Part shown: piece after piece, positions 24,151-37,169 of the stretch
Layout: every line of letters begins with the position of its first letter
Position numbering within the stretch: position 1 is the stretch's first letter
Assembly: GCA_030390025.1 (NCBI GenBank)
Contig: CM059432.1
Span: 133,426,001 to 133,490,000, forward strand
Source: Squalus acanthias
Taxonomy: Eukaryota
Length of the DNA stretch: 64,000 bases
Reading direction: 5' to 3'
Translations under genes and position numbers: made by a program
Notes under the pieces: model-generated
Database searches by the model: none
Told to the model about the DNA's origin: nothing
The model's input: the letters and a program-made list of their open reading frames with translations, nothing else

Positions 24151-27100
24151 GATATGGTATATAACATTCAATTGCATAAAAGATAAAATACTGTCTAGTG
24201 TGCCTACAACTGCATGGTTACATATGCTAGGTAGCGTGTTATCTTTTATATAATACAATGTTTTCAAAATGCTGACATTTAGAGGCCTTCAGTAGAGTCT
24301 ATCCTATAGGAGGCTACGTGATCTGCGTTGCCTCAGATATGGGCCCATTAATCCATCCAATGAATCAGCCCACCTCTAAAGAAACACAGTCCATTTGTAT
24401 AAGAATCATCAGTATTGGGCAGCACCATAACCATACAACACATCCTTCAATCTTATCCATTATTAAACAATAGAGATTTATATGCAGTAAAGAGACATGT
24501 ATGGAACCCAGGAAAATTGTGGGAAATAGTAAAATAATTGTATTAGACTCTGAAAGTAATAAAGAGGAGAATCTTCTATGTGTATTACAGAACGCAAAGG
24601 TAAACTGGGCCGTTCTAACCTTTCTCCTTTTCTTTAAATTAACGATATATAAAAAGAATATGATAAGACGGTAGTGGGTGAATTTGTGTAATAATTTCAC
24701 ACTGTGTCACTAGCTCGGAACATAAGCAAGGGTCACAGCAGGCAGTTGTAGTTTACAGTTTAATTATTATCCAGGCAAGTTAATTAATTCTTGCAATATA
24801 AATGTGGAATATAAATCAATATTTGTTCTTCTTGTATGAAAATTGTGGGATGATTAAAAACAGACAAACTTGTCTTGGATGTGTCATATAATGACTCCAT
24901 TAATGGGAACCGTAGCAGTATAAAACATATTGGGGGGTTATTCAAATGAATCTTCAATAGCATTCACTGTTCATATAGTTCGACCTCCTAAGACATTATT
25001 TTGTAACCGAACATTAGGTATAAAATACTCTGTCCTCCAGTCTTTATTTGGTTCGTGCTTGTCTGAAAATGTATTGGAAAAGAGGTTTTTTTTTCCTCCT
25101 TTTGATTCAGAAGTAATTTTTCTGGTCCCAGAGGGAAAAGATGGCCGCCAACATTTCAGTAATAATTGATGCTGCCATCACCTTTTGAAGATTAAATGCA
25201 TATAAACTGTGCAGGAAATTGTAAGAAAATCCTGAGGTATATGAAAGAAAGGACAGTGTATATTTCATTTCTTGATAGGTTTGATGCAGTAGAAGACACA
25301 GGCAAGCTGCATTGTGTGCATTTATAGCGAACATTTGCCTTTCTTTCTCTCTTAAAAAAGAAAATATGTAGAATAGGCTTGTGGATTAGAAGGTTCAATC
25401 TGTTCTGCTGGCCGTCCCTTGCAGTCTGTTTCGCCCCTCTATTCATTCCACACAAAAAAACCAAACAGGTTGACCCCTTCGCCATTCTTGCAGTGGCTGG
25501 AGCTGAAAGGCACCCCCAGAGTTTATACAAACCACGCTCAATTGGCACAAAAGGAACTCAATTTGCTGAGCACCATACCCAAAAGGCTCCACATTGATTT
25601 TAAAGAAAGATCATAGTAATTATACCATTTACTCCATTTCATTCAACATCCACAGTGAACCAGTGGGAGTTCAAGTGTTCATCAAACAAAAATCACTTCA
25701 CCTAGACCTTGTATTAATGAGGCGCACAGCCTCTGACTGCATTCTTCCATTTACTTTTATATCCTTTACAGAGAGTTCCAACAACACCTAGATTTGTCCT
25801 TTAAAAGCAGTTTTTTTCCCTCTGCCTGCTATGACCTTCAACCTCTTGGGTCAAGGTGCTATTAGTCATCATTTGCACTCTTTATTTCCTGCCTGCTGTA
25901 TTTGTGCATTCAGTGTTTGTATGGCAGATTAATGACAGCTAATAATATCTGATGTATCTGGACACCGCCATATAATGAGCTGTGGTCCCACTGCGTCTCA
26001 AAGTGTCACCACTAACAAATTCACTGGAGCCACATGTAATTAGCATGTAAACGGAGTGATCATGCAGTAAATCAATAGAGAAGAGATGGATTGCACTGGG
26101 CAAGTCGAAAAAAATAATCCACCTAGTTCCCTGTCTCAAATGTGTTTCATTGTGTGGTTCTGCTTTCTTGATAATAAACTATGGACACAGTTCATATTTG
26201 GCAGGATTATTTCTCTTACGGCAGCCTATCTTTATAGCATCACAGAATCGCAGTCCTTTCACCAGCACAAACCACAACTGAAATTTAAACACAATAAGCT
26301 TCTAAAATGGCAGAAGCCAGTGTGTACTGGTTCATAGTACGAATGGATTTTCTTAACTGTCCCCTCTTTCATGTGCCACTAAGTGCTTATTGTATTTTTT
26401 TTGTTCCCAAAGCCTGAATTCTCGACCATTTTTTCATCTGAGAAGGTCACATTATAGGTCGATTCCCACTTTTTGTCACTTTTCCGCACACAGCGTTATT
26501 ATGTACATATATCTATATATATGGACACTGTATCCTACAGATTCATATGTTCACACCTCTTTTTAAATCAGATAACATAATCCGTACCTCAGCAAAAACT
26601 GCAATGGTGACAAGGAGTCATTTTATTTTGAAGCGATTTATTTGCTCGAGCTCATTCCTGAAAGTTTTTTTCTTCATTCTGAGTAAAGGGGGAGTCAGAT
26701 TAAAGAAGGAAAGAAAGAAAGATTAAAGGAAAAAAAAACTACATAATTACTAGATATTAGAGAAATGGGTATAATTCAAATTTGGATTCCAATTTGAAAA
26801 TTCATTCCAAGTGTGATTTAAATCGGGATTTGAATTCTGATTTGGATGATTAAATCCAAATCGTGCTCTAAAAAGCATAGCAGTAAAAGCAAAGGAGTTT
26901 ACATTTCATTTGGGAAAACTAATGTATGACTAAGACTCTGAAGATGTCAAGCTGGGAAATTCAGCTCAAAGTATTGGATTGACTAATTTCACAGGTTTAA
27001 GAGAATATGCTGCTGTGCACACAATGGAAATAGGAAATATGGCACTGCATCTGCAAAGGGGGACATTTTCTATTCTGAATCTGACTTGGCCAATTTCTAA

Positions 27101-27429
27101 TTGATTTAGATTACTGCCCATTCCTACCTGTGACTTGTCATTGCTCCTTGTTGGCTCTTTCTTGCCTGTGGCCATTTCGAAACAACACTGAACTATTACT
27201 GTTCGTACTTTTTACATGATTGGCAAAGTTTGCACTCACTGCCATCGTATGAATGAGAGATCAACTCCAGAGACTTGAGCACAAAATCTAGGCTGACATT
27301 CCAGTGCAGTACTAGAGGAGAGTAGTTTGCAAACATCTTCCTTATTAGAAACATGTCCTACATCCTCTGTGTTGCTCCACAATAGGTTCTTGTGGACTGC
27401 TGTAAGACGAGGCCAGCTGATAAGCAACT

Positions 27430-27925
27430 TTTTTTTAAATTTGTTTTTTATGGGATCAGGGCATTGCTGGCAATGCCAGCATTTATTGCCTATCCCTAGT
27501 TGCCCTTGAGAAGGTGGTGGTGAGCCGCCTTCTTGAACTGCTGCAGTCCGTATGGTGATGGTACTCCCACAGTGCTGTTAGGGAGGGAGTTCCAGGATTT
27601 TGGCCCAGCGACGATGAAGGATCGGCGATATACTTCTATGTCAGGATGGTGTGTGACTTGGAGGGGAACTTGGAGGTGGTGGTGTTCCCATGTGCCTGCT
27701 GCCCTTGTCCTTCTAGGTGGAAGAGGTCGCGGGTTTGGGAGGTGCTGCCAAAGAAGCCTTGACGAGTTGCTGCAGTGCATCTTGTAGATGGTACACACTG
27801 CAGCCACGGTACGCCGGTGGTGGAGGGAGTGAATGTTTAAGGTGGTCGATGGGGTGCCAATCAAGCGGGCTGCTTTGCCCTGGATGGTGTCGAGCTTCTT
27901 GAGTGTTGTTGGAGCTGCACTCATC
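27430..27925 (-). mobile_element. 3' fragment of the same LINE family as 13400-14892
   Basis: ORF 27496..27924 is nearly identical to the C-terminus of ORF 14260..14829. Confidence 0.85.
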
Positions 27926-28057
27926 CCGCCAGCTCCAACTTCACAATCCGCTTGTAAGATCAGTTGGTATGTAAAAATCCAACAGGATCTGAATCAGTCA
28001 ATTTAATTCAATGTCTCATTTACATGGTGATGACTCAGTATGTAGTAAAAATTGGCC

Positions 28058-28962
28058 TGAGGTGGCTCAGTTGGTAGCACTCTCGCCTCTGAGTCAGAAG
28101 GCCTTGGGTTCAAGTCCTACTCCGGAGACTTGAGCACATAATCTACGCTGACACTCCAGTGCAATACTGAGGGAGTGCTGCACTGTTGGAGGTGCCGTCT
28201 TTTGGATGAGATGTTAAACCGAGGCCCCAACTGCCCTCTTGGGTGGACGTAAAAGATTCCATGGCACTATTTCAAAGAAGAGCAGAGGAATTTTCCCCGG
28301 GTATCCTGGTAAATATTTATCCCTCATCCAACATCATGGGCAACACGGTGGCATAGTGGTTAGCACTGGTGCCTCACAGCGCCAGGGACCCGGGTTCGAA
28401 TCTGACCTCGGGTGACTGTCTGTGTGGAGTTTGCACATTCTCCCCGTGTCTGCGTGGGTTTCCTCCGGGTGCTCCGGTTTCCTCCCACAGTCCAAAAATG
28501 TGCGGGTTAGGTTGATTTGGCTATGATAAATTGACCCTTAGTGTTAGGGTGGGATTAAATATGTGGGGTTATGGGGATAGGATGGGATATGTTAGGGGGA
28601 ATTAAATACGTGGGGTTACGGGGGTAGAGTGGGATATGTGTACTGTGGGGATTAAAGCAGGGACAGGGTACTGGATTTGGGTGATCAGCCATGATCGTAT
28701 TGAATGGTGGAGCAGGCTCGACGGGCCGAATGGCCTACTCCTGCTCCTAGATTCTATGTTTCTATGTTTCTATGAAAAAACCCAGGTTATTTGGTCATTA
28801 TTACATTGCTTTATCTGGGACCTTGCTATGTGCAAACTGGCTGGCGCGTTTCCTACATTACGACAGTGACTACGCTTCAAAAAGCACTTAATTGGTTGTG
28901 AAGTGCTTTGGGACATATTGAGATCATGAAAGGTGTTATATAAATGCAAGTTCTTTCTTTCT
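28058..28962 (+). mobile_element. Deu-SINE (SacSINE1-like) split by a V-SINE
   Basis: The head is at 28060 and the body runs to about 28337. It resumes at about 28775 and ends in the L2-like tail. Confidence 0.8.
28338..28774 (+). mobile_element. V-SINE (shark HE1-like) with CR1-derived tail
   Basis: tRNA head (TGGCATAGTGG, GGTTCGAATC), V-domain GTGGGTTTCCTCCGGGTGCTCCGGTTTCCTCCCACAGTCCAAA and tail (TTCTATGT)n. Confidence 0.88.
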
Positions 28963-29444
28963 ATGTGGATGATGCATGGAAGAGCAACACTAGAGAGAAA
29001 TTAGTAGCTCTTCATTGTAGTTAACTGGACCTTCAAGCAGCTGTATTGCAATAATCAGTAAAGAAAACAATAAGTTAAAATGGTTACCCAATTGCCCATT
29101 AATAATAAGCTGAGAAAATATTTATAATTTGCACAGAAACCCTCATGTAGAAAGATGTTATAAATGCACAACATAGAATCTGGTAGCTAAGTACAATCAA
29201 AGTTTTAAAAACCATCCAGTCAATAAACGGTAAAAGGAAAGAAAGATCAATATTAGATGAAAGCAACACAAAGAGAAATAAACTGCAAACAATGACTATG
29301 TGCTTAGTAGAGTTTCTCACCAGGGCATTCAAAATCTTCCTTTAGTACAGACTCTGAGCTGAACACAGAGCAGCACTGGGGGGAAGAGATTATGGAGAAG
29401 CATTGGACTGTGCCCATCTCACCCACTCAACTGAGGGAGGATTC

Positions 29445-29790
29445 ATAGAATGACATCGACATTACAGCACAGAAACAGGCCATTCGGCCCAACTGGCCCA
29501 TGCTCTGGTTTATGCTCCACACGAGCCTCTTCCCACTCCTCTTCATCTCATCCTATCAGTGCATCCTTCTATTCCTTTCTCCCTCATGTGTTTATCCAGC
29601 TTCCCCTTAAATGCATCTATATTATTCGCCTCAACTACTCCTTGTGGTAGTGAGTTCCATATTCTAACCACTCTCTGGGTAAAGAAGTTCCTCCTGAATT
29701 TCTTATTGCATTTATTAGAGACTACCTCATATTACGACCCCTAGTTTTAAACTCCCCCACAAGCGGAAACATTTTCTCTACGTCTACACA
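29445..29790 (-). mobile_element. CR1 3' fragment
   Basis: Homologous to 11930-12480. Confidence 0.7.
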
Positions 29791-31266
29791 CTGGAAAAAT
29801 GCCTGAAATAAGAAATAAAATACAGAAAAATGTATTATCAATTAAAGAAAAGATCTACACTAGTTTATTTCAATCAACATGCCATACCGTGATTCTAAAA
29901 AAAAACAAAGTGTTTTAAATTGTGAGAATGAAGCATTAAAAAATGAATTAAAACTACATACAGGGAATGGTTTAAAAAAAACTTCATTCCACTACTGAAT
30001 TTCACTCTATGGTTCCTATCAGAGACAAACTCTTTACCTAAGTGTAATGTTTCTTGAGAAATGAGTTCCATGGTACAGAAGTTCAACCATGCTTCCTAAA
30101 TGAGTTTTACAGTACCTTGTGTCCCCATTTTTACCATGAAAAATGCGAACAATTGACCAGTCTGTCTCTGGAAATGTAACATTTTACTCAATATAAAACA
30201 CATAGCCAACCTTCAAGGCCATTTTTTATTGTTTCTTTTGACATGGTGACAAGTTTATAGGAAACTGATTATAGGTGTTGATGCAGATCAATACTGGGTA
30301 ACTACGTCTAGATTATTTACAACTTTCACATCTAAGAATGCCACAACATAAATCTTTATGCCTGTGATTATTGATAGAGTTATTAGGATAGTGTGAGAAT
30401 CTATATTTTGTTAGATTTAGGATATAAACACACACCTTTCTCCTTGCAAATAAAACTGCTAAATAATCCTTTACATCAAACATCTTTGGTGCGTGAACTT
30501 GCCCAACAACAAATAGATGCAAGAAAAATGGTAGGAAATTAAGTTATTGATGTGTCTTGTGTAGCTGGGGAAAAATCTGCATGTTGATGTATTATAATAA
30601 CAAATTTACAATTGTGCAATATTAAAAAACAGCTACAATTAAATTATCATGTGGGAATAATCATAATATTATTGGAAATCCAATTATTGTGCCGACCCTT
30701 GTCATGAAATTAGCAGACTATGGCAAAGAGGAGTCCACACTGAATTCATCAAAACATATGATTGCAATATTACATGTTCGCTTTGATTCTAAGCAATGAT
30801 AAACATCTTCACACACTGGTGTATATACTCGATGCATTTGTATTATTCATGAACAACTCTTGTGATCTATTATACATACAAGACTGATTCCACACTGCTT
30901 GCTGCAGGCTAGAAAGCACAGGCACAGAATTAATTTTATTATATATACATGCACAATAATTGTGAGGGACATGGTTTCTGAAATATCAAACTGCACTCCT
31001 GTGCACCCTTATATCACTTATAGCATGGGCGAAGAGCCATCCAATGACATTGGGTTAAAAAAAGTTGCCTGCTATTCAGAAAATAGGGCACTACCCCCAG
31101 TGTTTAGACAAACTGCACAGAGACGAATCCTGCTGCTACAAACACGTTTCAATTGTTCTTTGTACGCCCTGCAAGGTATTATTTTGTCAGCTGAAGCTGC
31201 TTTAAGTCATCCCAGGAACTCCTGAGAGGATTTCAAAATGTCACAGTGAGAGCAGCGGAAAATGCA

Positions 31267-31776
31267 AATATATTACATAGTATTGCGTCCAATATATTAC
31301 AGGAAACTCTTTATTAACCGGCACCCAAATATCCGGAAATCTCTCTTAACCGGCAAAATTCTTGAGTAGGTAACCGGGGTTTTCCTTCATCTCTCGTTTA
31401 AAATTAACTTTAAAAAAAACCCCGAGGCGTTTGCCTTGTATCAGAGCGTGTAGATTGGGAGGGAAATGTGCAGCCCGGGTAGGCAGCGGACACGACAGAT
31501 GGTCAGCTGGCGGTCCCCGGGGAGACGGAGCTCCGAATGCAGGCGCATGTCAATGTGTACGGGGCTCTCGTACGTTGGGAGATAGAACTCTCCATTATCT
31601 GGACTTTTTGATAAACCGGCACCACGCCGGTCCCGTCGGTGCCGGTTAATAAAGAGTTTCCTGTACATAGTATTGCGTCCAATATATTACATAGTATTGC
31701 GTCTAATATATTACATAGTATTGCGTCCAATATATTACATAGTATTGCATCCAATATATTACATAGTATTGTGTCC
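31267..31776 (+). repeat. 24-bp minisatellite (AATATATTACATAGTATTGCGTCC)x6, second unit interrupted by a MITE
   Basis: Units start at 31267, 31291 (resuming at 31666), 31681, 31705, 31729 and 31753. Confidence 0.9.
31300..31663. mobile_element. Tc1/mariner-pogo-type MITE
   Basis: Perfect 26-bp TIRs CAGGAAACTCTTTATTAACCGGCACC flanked by a TA duplication. Confidence 0.92.
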
Positions 31777-32260
31777 AATTCTGGGCACCGCACTTTAGGA
31801 AGGATGTGAAGGCTTTGGAGAGGGCACAGAAGAGATTCACTAGAATGGTTCCAGGGATGAGGGATTACAGTTATGTGGATAGACTGGAGAAACTGGGGTT
31901 GTTTTCCTTCGAGCAGAGATGTAATGGAGGTGTTTAAAATCATGAAGGGTTTAGATAGAGTAAATAAAGGGAAACTGTTTCCAATGGTGATTGGCAAAAG
32001 AACCAGAGGCAACATGAGGAAAAACTTCTTTACGCAACAAGTGGTTAGGGTTTCAAATGCACTGCCTGAGAGGTTGGTGGAAACAGATTCAATAGTAGTT
32101 TTCAAAAGGGAATTGGGTAAATACTTGAAGAAGAAAAAACTGCAGGGATATGGGGAAAGAGCAGGGGAGTGGGACTAAGTGGATTACTCTTCGGAAAAGC
32201 TGGCGCAGACTCGATGGGCTGAATGGCCTCCTTCTGTGCTGTACTATTCTATGATTCTAT
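31765..32260 (+). mobile_element. CR1 3' fragment
   Basis: Reads YCVQFWAPHFRKDV...; the tail is TTCTATGATTCTAT. Confidence 0.85.
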
Positions 32261-32475
32261 AGGGTGTAATAATACAGTTCTAAATGTTATTGCCAAACGA
32301 TGAGACGCCCCAAGCTGTGGGAGTGCCCTCGAGTAGTATTTTGCGATACAATCTTGGTGACATTAGTGTCCCTATTAATGATAAACATTGTCATTTCTCC
32401 TGCTCTACTGCAACTCTGCCACAAAATCCAACTGTGATATGCAGTCCTGAGCATACAGTAAAGAAAGACTTGCAT

Positions 32476-33525
32476 CTACAACAACAACAACTTGCATTTA
32501 TATAGGACCTTTAACACAGTAAAACATCCCAAGGCGCATCACATCAGCGTTATCAAACAGAATATGACACAAGCCATGTAAGGGGATATTAAGACAGGTG
32601 ACCAAAAGTTTGGTCAAAGAGGTAGGATTTAAGAGAATCTTAAAGGAGGAGAGAGACTGTGGGAGGGAATTCCAAAGCTTAGGGCCGAGGCAGCTGAAGG
32701 CACGGCCGCCAATAGTGGAGTGATTAAAATTGGGGTTGCGCAAGAGGTCAGAGTTGGAGGAGCGCAGAGATCTCGGAGGGATGTAGGGCTGGAGGAGGTT
32801 ACAGAGATAGGGAGGGATTTGAAAACAAGGATGAGAATTTTAGAATGAAGGAGTTACCAGACCGGGAGCCAATGTAGGTCAGCGAGCGCAGGGGTGATGT
32901 GTAAACGGGACTTGGTGCGAGTTGGAATACAAGCAGCAGAGTTTTGGATGAGCTCAAGTTTATGTAGGGTGGAAGATGGGTGGCCGACCTTGAAATAGTC
33001 AAGTCTGGAGGTAACAAAGGCATGGATAAGGGTTTCAGCAGCAGATGAGCTGAGGCAGATGTGGAGTCGGGCGATGTTATTGAGGTCTAAGTAGGCGGTC
33101 TTGGTGATGGAGCGGATATGTGGTCGAAAGCTCATCTCGGGGTCAAATATGGCATCAAGGTTGCAAACGGTCTGGTTCTGCCTCAGACAGTTGCCACGGA
33201 GAGTGATGGAGTTGGTGACTAGGGAACGGAGTTTGTGGCGGGGATCAAAGACAAAGGGCTGGATTTTGATACTGGGGCGGGTTGGGGTCGTGTCATCCGC
33301 ATTTCGTGTTATCCACCCGCCTGCAATTGGATGTGGGTGATTGATGCAATTTTCACTTAATTGGGCAATTGAGTTCGAGCATGTGGGAACCCATGAACCA
33401 ATTAGTGGTTTCAGTCTGAAAGTCGCCTCTGATGATGTCATCATTGCAGGTCAGAGACTGCCTGGTCTCAGAGATTGCCTGGCCTTTGCTGTGAGAGGAC
33501 CTGGATGCAAAATGAGCAGCATCTC

Positions 33526-33566
<41 letters not shown>

Positions 33567-34775
33567 ATTTTTTTTGCAACCAAGTCCTCCCAGGTAGTCT
33601 CTGAAGACATTCAATGCAGCAACATCAGAGGCGACTTTCACACCTAATACTACTACTACCTTCTCACATCTCCGTTGTAATAGTGGACCTGCAGCTGATA
33701 GTCAGCTATCCACTTGTGCTCCCGCCAGGTTTCACTGGCGTGTTTCATATCAGGCGTACTTCACGTCGGAAAAGGGTTAAACTAGCTAAAACATTTCAAA
33801 ATGGCATTACAGAGCCAATTTAGGTCTTGTTAAGGGCTTTAATGGCCTCTCCCGCCTCTTGGAGGCAGGACGGAGTCGGGAACCCCGTGACCGATTTTGT
33901 CAAAATTGCGTGGAGGCGGAATGGAGTCGGGATGGGGTCGGGACCCCCGACCCCGCAAATTTAACCCCCCACACGCCTCCAAACCCGACTCCACGGGTCA
34001 TTGAAAATCCAGCCCATAGGCTTCGGTCTTCCCAATATTTAGTTGGAGGAAATTTCTACTCATCCATTACTGGATGTTGAACAAGCAGTCTGACAATCTA
34101 GGGGCAGTGTAGGGGTCGAGAGAGGTGGTGCTGATTTAGAGCTGGCTGTCATCAGCGTACATGTGGAATCTGACGTGTTTTCAGATAATGTCGCTGAGCC
34201 GCAGCATATAGATGAGAATTAGAAGGGGGGCTAAGGATAGATCTTTGGGGGAGTCCATAGGTAACAATCCGGGAGCGGGAAGAGAAGTCAATTGAGGTGA
34301 TTCTCTGGCTAGGACTGGATAGATAAGAATGGAACCAGGTGACTGCAGTTCCACCCAGCTGGACAACGGAGGAGAGACGTTGGAGGAGGATGTTGTGATC
34401 AACCATGTCAAAGGCGGCAGAGAGGTCGAGAAGGTTGAGGAGGGATGGTTTACCACGGTCATAGTCAAACAGGATGTCATTTGTGACTTTGTTAAGGGCC
34501 ATTTCAGTACTGTGGCAGGGGTGGAAACCTGATTGGAGGGATTCAAACATGGAGTTCCGGGAAATTTGGGAGGCGACAACACGGTTAAGGACTTTGGAGA
34601 GGAAAGGGAGGTTGGAGATGGGGTGGTAGTTTGCAAGGACGGAGGGGTCAAGGGTTGTTTTTTGTGGAGAGTGGTGATGACAGCAGATTTGAAGGGGAGG
34701 GGGACAATACCTGAGGAGAGAGAACTGTGAACAATATCAGCTAACATGGGGGCCAGGAAGGGAAGTTGGGTAGTT
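32476..34775 (-). mobile_element. L2 LINE (RT region to 3' end) containing a MITE
   Basis: ORFs contain QSGFHPCHSTE, LLDLSAAFD, LIHAFVTSRLDY and HITPALADLHWLP. A (CAA)n tail is present. Confidence 0.88.
33256..34015. mobile_element. Harbinger-type MITE inside L2
   Basis: Perfect 12-bp TIR GGGCTGGATTTT / AAAATCCAGCCC with flanks AAA/ATA. The L2 sequence is contiguous across it. Confidence 0.8.
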
Positions 34776-35398
34776 ATACAGCGCCTTTCACGACCTCAGG
34801 ATGTCCCAAAGCGCTTTACAGTTGATGAAGTACTTTTGAAGTGTAGTCACTGTTGTAATGCCTAACAGGCTTTCTGGTAGCGATAAGTATATTACTTCAG
34901 ATACTTTTATCTATAAACCCGACAGACATTGCTACCGTTCAAAGACTGTATCATTGCCAAAGGAATCAGCAAGACATGCATTCCAAGGTATGAGGTCCAA
35001 TATGGTTTGAGGATTTAAAAAAGGAACCCTGAGAGATATCCAAAATTCTTCCATAGATGACCTGCTTATTCCTTAGATGAAGACAAATATAGACAGTATC
35101 AATGAGCCTTCTTTTCAACTGGTACTTTCTGCTCCCTCTCCACTATCCCAAGGGAAGATTTCCTCTATTTTCTAGTTGCAGCAAAATCATAACCACGTTC
35201 TTTATGTGCAAATTTACAATTTTGCTAAAACAACAACAACTTGTATTTAGATAGAGCTTCTAACGTAAGAGAAAAATCATCCCAATGTGCTTTACAAAAT
35301 AGAAATAAATGAGGAAATGGACATGGAAAACGAGTGACTGAAAGCTTGGTTGAAAAGACGGGCTTTGAGAAGCTTTTTAAAGGTAGTCAGAAGTCATA

Positions 35399-36291
35399 GG
35401 GGTAAAAATTCAGTTGGTTGCGCCTCCCGTTAGCGCCTTAAGAGGGTGCTAATGGGGCGCAAAGCCGCTAACGCCCGGGCGCAGCGATGTTTGCGCCGCT
35501 CGGGAACTTAACTTGACATTGTGCGGCGGCGCTAAAACTTACCGCTGCGACCACCTGCGCGCGCAGATTGTGACGTCATTCCATGGTGCAACGCCCTTGT
35601 GGGGCCCCGGAGCGGAAATTGAGTGGAGCCCCCTGCCTTACCGCCTGGCGCTTCCAACGACCAGAAGACTGGAACGCTATCAATCACTGTGGGGCTGGGG
35701 GGGGCGCTATTTAAAGGGGGCCTCTTCCTGTCTTTTATTGTTGGTGGCATTTTTGAACTATGCATTCTGAGAGAGAGAGGGAGAGACTTCTGGAGAGATT
35801 CAACGTTGTGTGAAGGAGTTTTGGGTACTGAGCAGCACTTTGCAGGTTCATTTTGATTTGCCATTCCTTGTATCGATTTAGCAGAGACTGTGGGAGCTGC
35901 ACTCTGAGCTCTTTGCCTGGTACTCTCCATTGTTCTTTCCAGCACATTTGATGTGCAAGTCTCTCCAGGCCGAGATTCAAGGCTGCAATGAACAGGATGT
36001 GGATGGAAAGCAAGATTAACCATCCCCTTTAAGAACTGGCCCGTGCCATTGTGTGTGTGTTCCATTGCTGACTGACATTACATGAGCTTCGCCAGCGCTC
36101 TGAGTTAGCGCCTCACTGCTCGGCCTTTGCGCCTTAAGACAGGTGTGCAGCGCCTACTTTAGCGCTCCACTCACCTCCCGGGGCGGTAAAAGTGAAGTTT
36201 CCAGTCAGTGCCGATAATTAGCGCCAGGCGCTAATATTTGCGTCCAGACGATATTTGCGCCCCAAATGGGGCGCGACCTAATTTCTACCCC
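35399..36291. mobile_element. Non-autonomous derivative of the Harbinger family in copies 1 and 2
   Basis: Termini GGGGTAAAAATT / AATTTCTACCCC with TSD ATA. The left subterminal region matches about 1640-1961 (reverse complement) and the right matches about 56510-56778. Confidence 0.85.
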
Positions 36292-37165
36292 ATAGAGTCA
36301 TAACGGCACAGAAGGAGGCCATTTGGCCCATCGAGTCCGCGCCGACTCTCTGTAGAGCAATCCAGTCAGTCCCATTCCCCCGCTCTATCCCCGTAGCCCT
36401 GCAAGTTTATTTCCCTCAACTGCCTATCTAGTCTCCCCTTGAAAACATTGAGTGTCTCCGCTTCCACCACTTCCATCGGCAGCGAGTTCCAGGTCCTCAC
36501 CACTCGCTGCGTAAAAAAGTTTTTCCTTACGTCCCCCCTGTATCTCTTGCCCAAAACCTTAAATCTGTGTCTCCTAGTCCTTGTACCATCAACTAGTGGG
36601 AACAGCCTTTCCCCGTCTAGCCTATCCAAACCCGTCATAATCTTGTACACCTCTATCAAATCACCCCTCAGCCTCCTTTGCTCAAATGAAAACAAATCCA
36701 GCTTCTCCAACCTGTCCTTGTAGCTAAGATCCCCCATCCCCGGAACCATTCTGGTAAATCTCCTCTGCACCCTCTCAAGTGCCTTCACATCCTTCCTAAA
36801 GTGTGGTGACCAGAACTGGATGCAATACTCCAGTTGTAGCCTAACCAGCGCTTTATAAAGCTTCAGCATAACTTCTCTACTTTTGTATTTAATACCTCTA
36901 TTTATGAAGCCCAAGATCCCATATGCTTTGCTAACCACTCTCAATATGTCCTGCCACCTTCAGGGACCTATGCATATTAACTCCCAGGTCCCTCTGTCCC
37001 TCCACACTCTTTAAAACTGTGCTATTAAGTGTTATTGCCTCTCCCTGTTCCTTCTGCCAAAATGCATCACCTCACACTTCTCTATTAAATTCCATCTGCC
37101 ACTTGTCTGCCCATTCTGCTAGTCTTTCTATGTCCTGTTGCAGTCGATTGGTATCATCCTCACTG
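36292..37165 (-). mobile_element. CR1 LINE 3' part
   Basis: ORF 36366..36944 (LGFINRGI..LVRLQLEYCIQFWSP). Confidence 0.88.
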
Positions 37166-37169
37166 TTTA

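Noticed and set aside
28345..28415. tRNA gene (similar heads at 1970 and 28060)
   Set aside because: The A/B boxes run directly into SINE bodies, so these are SINE heads.
31267..31776. CRISPR-like array of 24-bp repeats
   Set aside because: The repeats are contiguous with no spacers, the context is eukaryotic, and no cas genes are present.
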